This document shows, piece by piece, positions 47,182 to 48,069 of a stretch of 48,069 nt of DNA. Positions within the stretch are counted from its first letter, which is position 1, and every line of letters starts with the position of its first letter. The translations under genes were made by a program, and so were the position numbers. The notes under the pieces are model-generated. The model did no database searches and had not been told where the DNA came from. It saw only the letters and a list, made by a program, of their open reading frames with translations. The DNA is from an uncultured bacterium (lineage in GTDB: Bacteria; Omnitrophota; Omnitrophia; Omnitrophales; Aquincolibacteriaceae), in the NCBI GenBank assembly GCA_964524195.1, contig CAZGCC010000002.1, positions 1 through 48,069 on the forward strand, read 5' to 3'.

Positions 47182-47492
47182 TCGTTCTGCCCTTATCCCA
47201 TATCCTGATCTTCTCACTACTCCTTTTTGTGATCGGTCTTTATGGCGCACTGGTGCGGCGCAACATTATCGGCATCTTGATCTCGATCGAGCTGATGCTG
47301 AATGCTGCCAATATCAATTTGATCGCTTTTTCGAAATATACTTCCCTTTCTCCGGAAACAGGACAGATATTCGCGCTCTTTGTAATCGCGCTTGCCGCGA
47401 CCGCCGCGGCGGTGGGCCTTGCGATCGTCCTGGCCCTCTACCGTATCCGGAAAACCATTTATTCCGACGAGGTTCATTTACTGAAATGGTAA
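47178..47492 (+). CDS. nuoK: NADH-quinone oxidoreductase subunit K
   Basis: [20 protein letters not shown] motif. It has an ATGA overlap with nuoJ. Confidence 0.9.
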   Translation: MIVLPLSHILIFSLLLFVIGLYGALVRRNIIGILISIELMLNAANINLIAFSKYTSLSPETGQIFALFVIALAATAAAVGLAIVLALYRIRKTIYSDEVHLLKW

Positions 47493-47546
47493 CTTCTAAA
47501 AATAAGTTCGAATTTGAAATTTCAAATTTAGACTTTGGGTGCGCCC

Positions 47547-48069
47547 ATGGCTGATCAGCTCCTTTGGGTACCCCTGCTTCCATTTCTGGCGTTCGTGGTC
47601 AATATCCTGGCCGGACGGTGGATCAAGACCCGCGCGGCGTGGCTTTCTATTATGACAAGCATCGCGGCTTCGGCGATCGCGCTTCCCTTGTGCTGGGCGG
47701 TTTTCCGGGGCGGGCATTTCGCCCATCAAGGCACCTGGCTCATGCTCGGCGCGGTACCGCTCAAGTTCGGCTACCTGATGGACCCTCTCTCCGCGACACT
47801 CCTCTTCATGGTCACGATCGTCGGCACTCTGATCCAGATCTATGCGGCCGGCTATATGTGGGGTGATCCGCGTTACAGCCGTTTCTTCGCCTTCGTCTCG
47901 CTTTTCATGTCCGCGATGCTCACGCTCGTCATTTCCGATAATTACCTTCTCTTTTTCATGTCTTGGGAGATCATGGGGCTTTGTTCTTACCTTCTGATCG
48001 GGTTCTATTTCGAGAAACCTTCCGCCGCGAACGCTTCCCTGAAAGCGTTCCTGACAACCCGGATCGGGG
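47547..48069 (+). CDS. nuoL: NADH-quinone oxidoreductase subunit L, N-terminal part (runs off the right edge)
   Basis: My own translation reads MADQLLWVPLLPFLAFVVNILAGR...SWEIMGLCSYLLIGFYFEKPSAANASLKAFLTTRIG, the NuoL/antiporter-like signature. Confidence 0.85.
   Translation, partial: MADQLLWVPLLPFLAFVVNILAGRWIKTRAAWLSIMTSIAASAIALPLCWAVFRGGHFAHQGTWLMLGAVPLKFGYLMDPLSATLLFMVTIVGTLIQIYAAGYMWGDPRYSRFFAFVSLFMSAMLTLVISDNYLLFFMSWEIMGLCSYLLIGFYFEKPSAANASLKAFLTTRIG

Noticed and set aside
1-48069. CRISPR arrays, tRNA, rRNA, tmRNA, RNase P or SRP RNA genes
   Set aside because: I saw no regularly spaced direct repeats and no T-loop GGTTCGAATCC-type motifs in intergenic regions. The only multi-copy repeats are the R and 68-nt hairpin elements, which are irregularly spaced. 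A by-eye scan cannot fully exclude a small RNA gene.

Overview
This 48 kb window is bacterial chromosome, probably from an uncultivated lineage. Taxonomy cannot be assigned from the sequence alone. It is gene dense, mostly minus-strand operons, and about 55 percent GC in the core lines I sampled. Core content: MEP isoprenoid genes (ispH, ispG), thiC, a futalosine-pathway radical SAM enzyme, a fused AhbA/B-type siroheme decarboxylase, greA, era, trxA, nth, htpX, queD, an EF-P-like factor (YeiP/EfpL type), a phosphofructokinase, an AddB-like nuclease, a Ski2-like helicase, a histidine kinase/response regulator pair, a CHASE2-GGDEF cyclase, and a nuoABCDIHJKL cluster with no nuoEFG between nuoD and nuoI. 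I found no rRNA, tRNA or CRISPR array. Four things deserve a second look. (1) An AT-rich accessory island (about 15.2-20.0 kb) holds an overlapping DUF1016 nuclease/ORF6N gene pair and small membrane or zinc-ribbon cassette genes. It also holds two diverged remnants of the ComM C-terminus and three copies of an 83-84 nt two-hairpin element whose stems are kept by compensatory changes; two copies split the ComM remnants at the same codon junction. (2) A second 68-nt hairpin repeat (57/68 identical, 9-bp perfect stem) lies in the same reading frame at the 5' ends of two unrelated genes, queD and the phosphofructokinase. (3) At the left edge, a Slam/DUF560-like TPR plus beta-barrel outer-membrane protein is followed by two tandem FecR-domain secreted paralogs, which may be a type 11 secretion locus with undescribed cargo. 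(4) Near-consensus promoters sit 6-8 nt upstream of the ATGs of nuoA and the helicase, implying leaderless mRNAs. All functional calls rest on motifs I recognised in the supplied translations. No database search was run.
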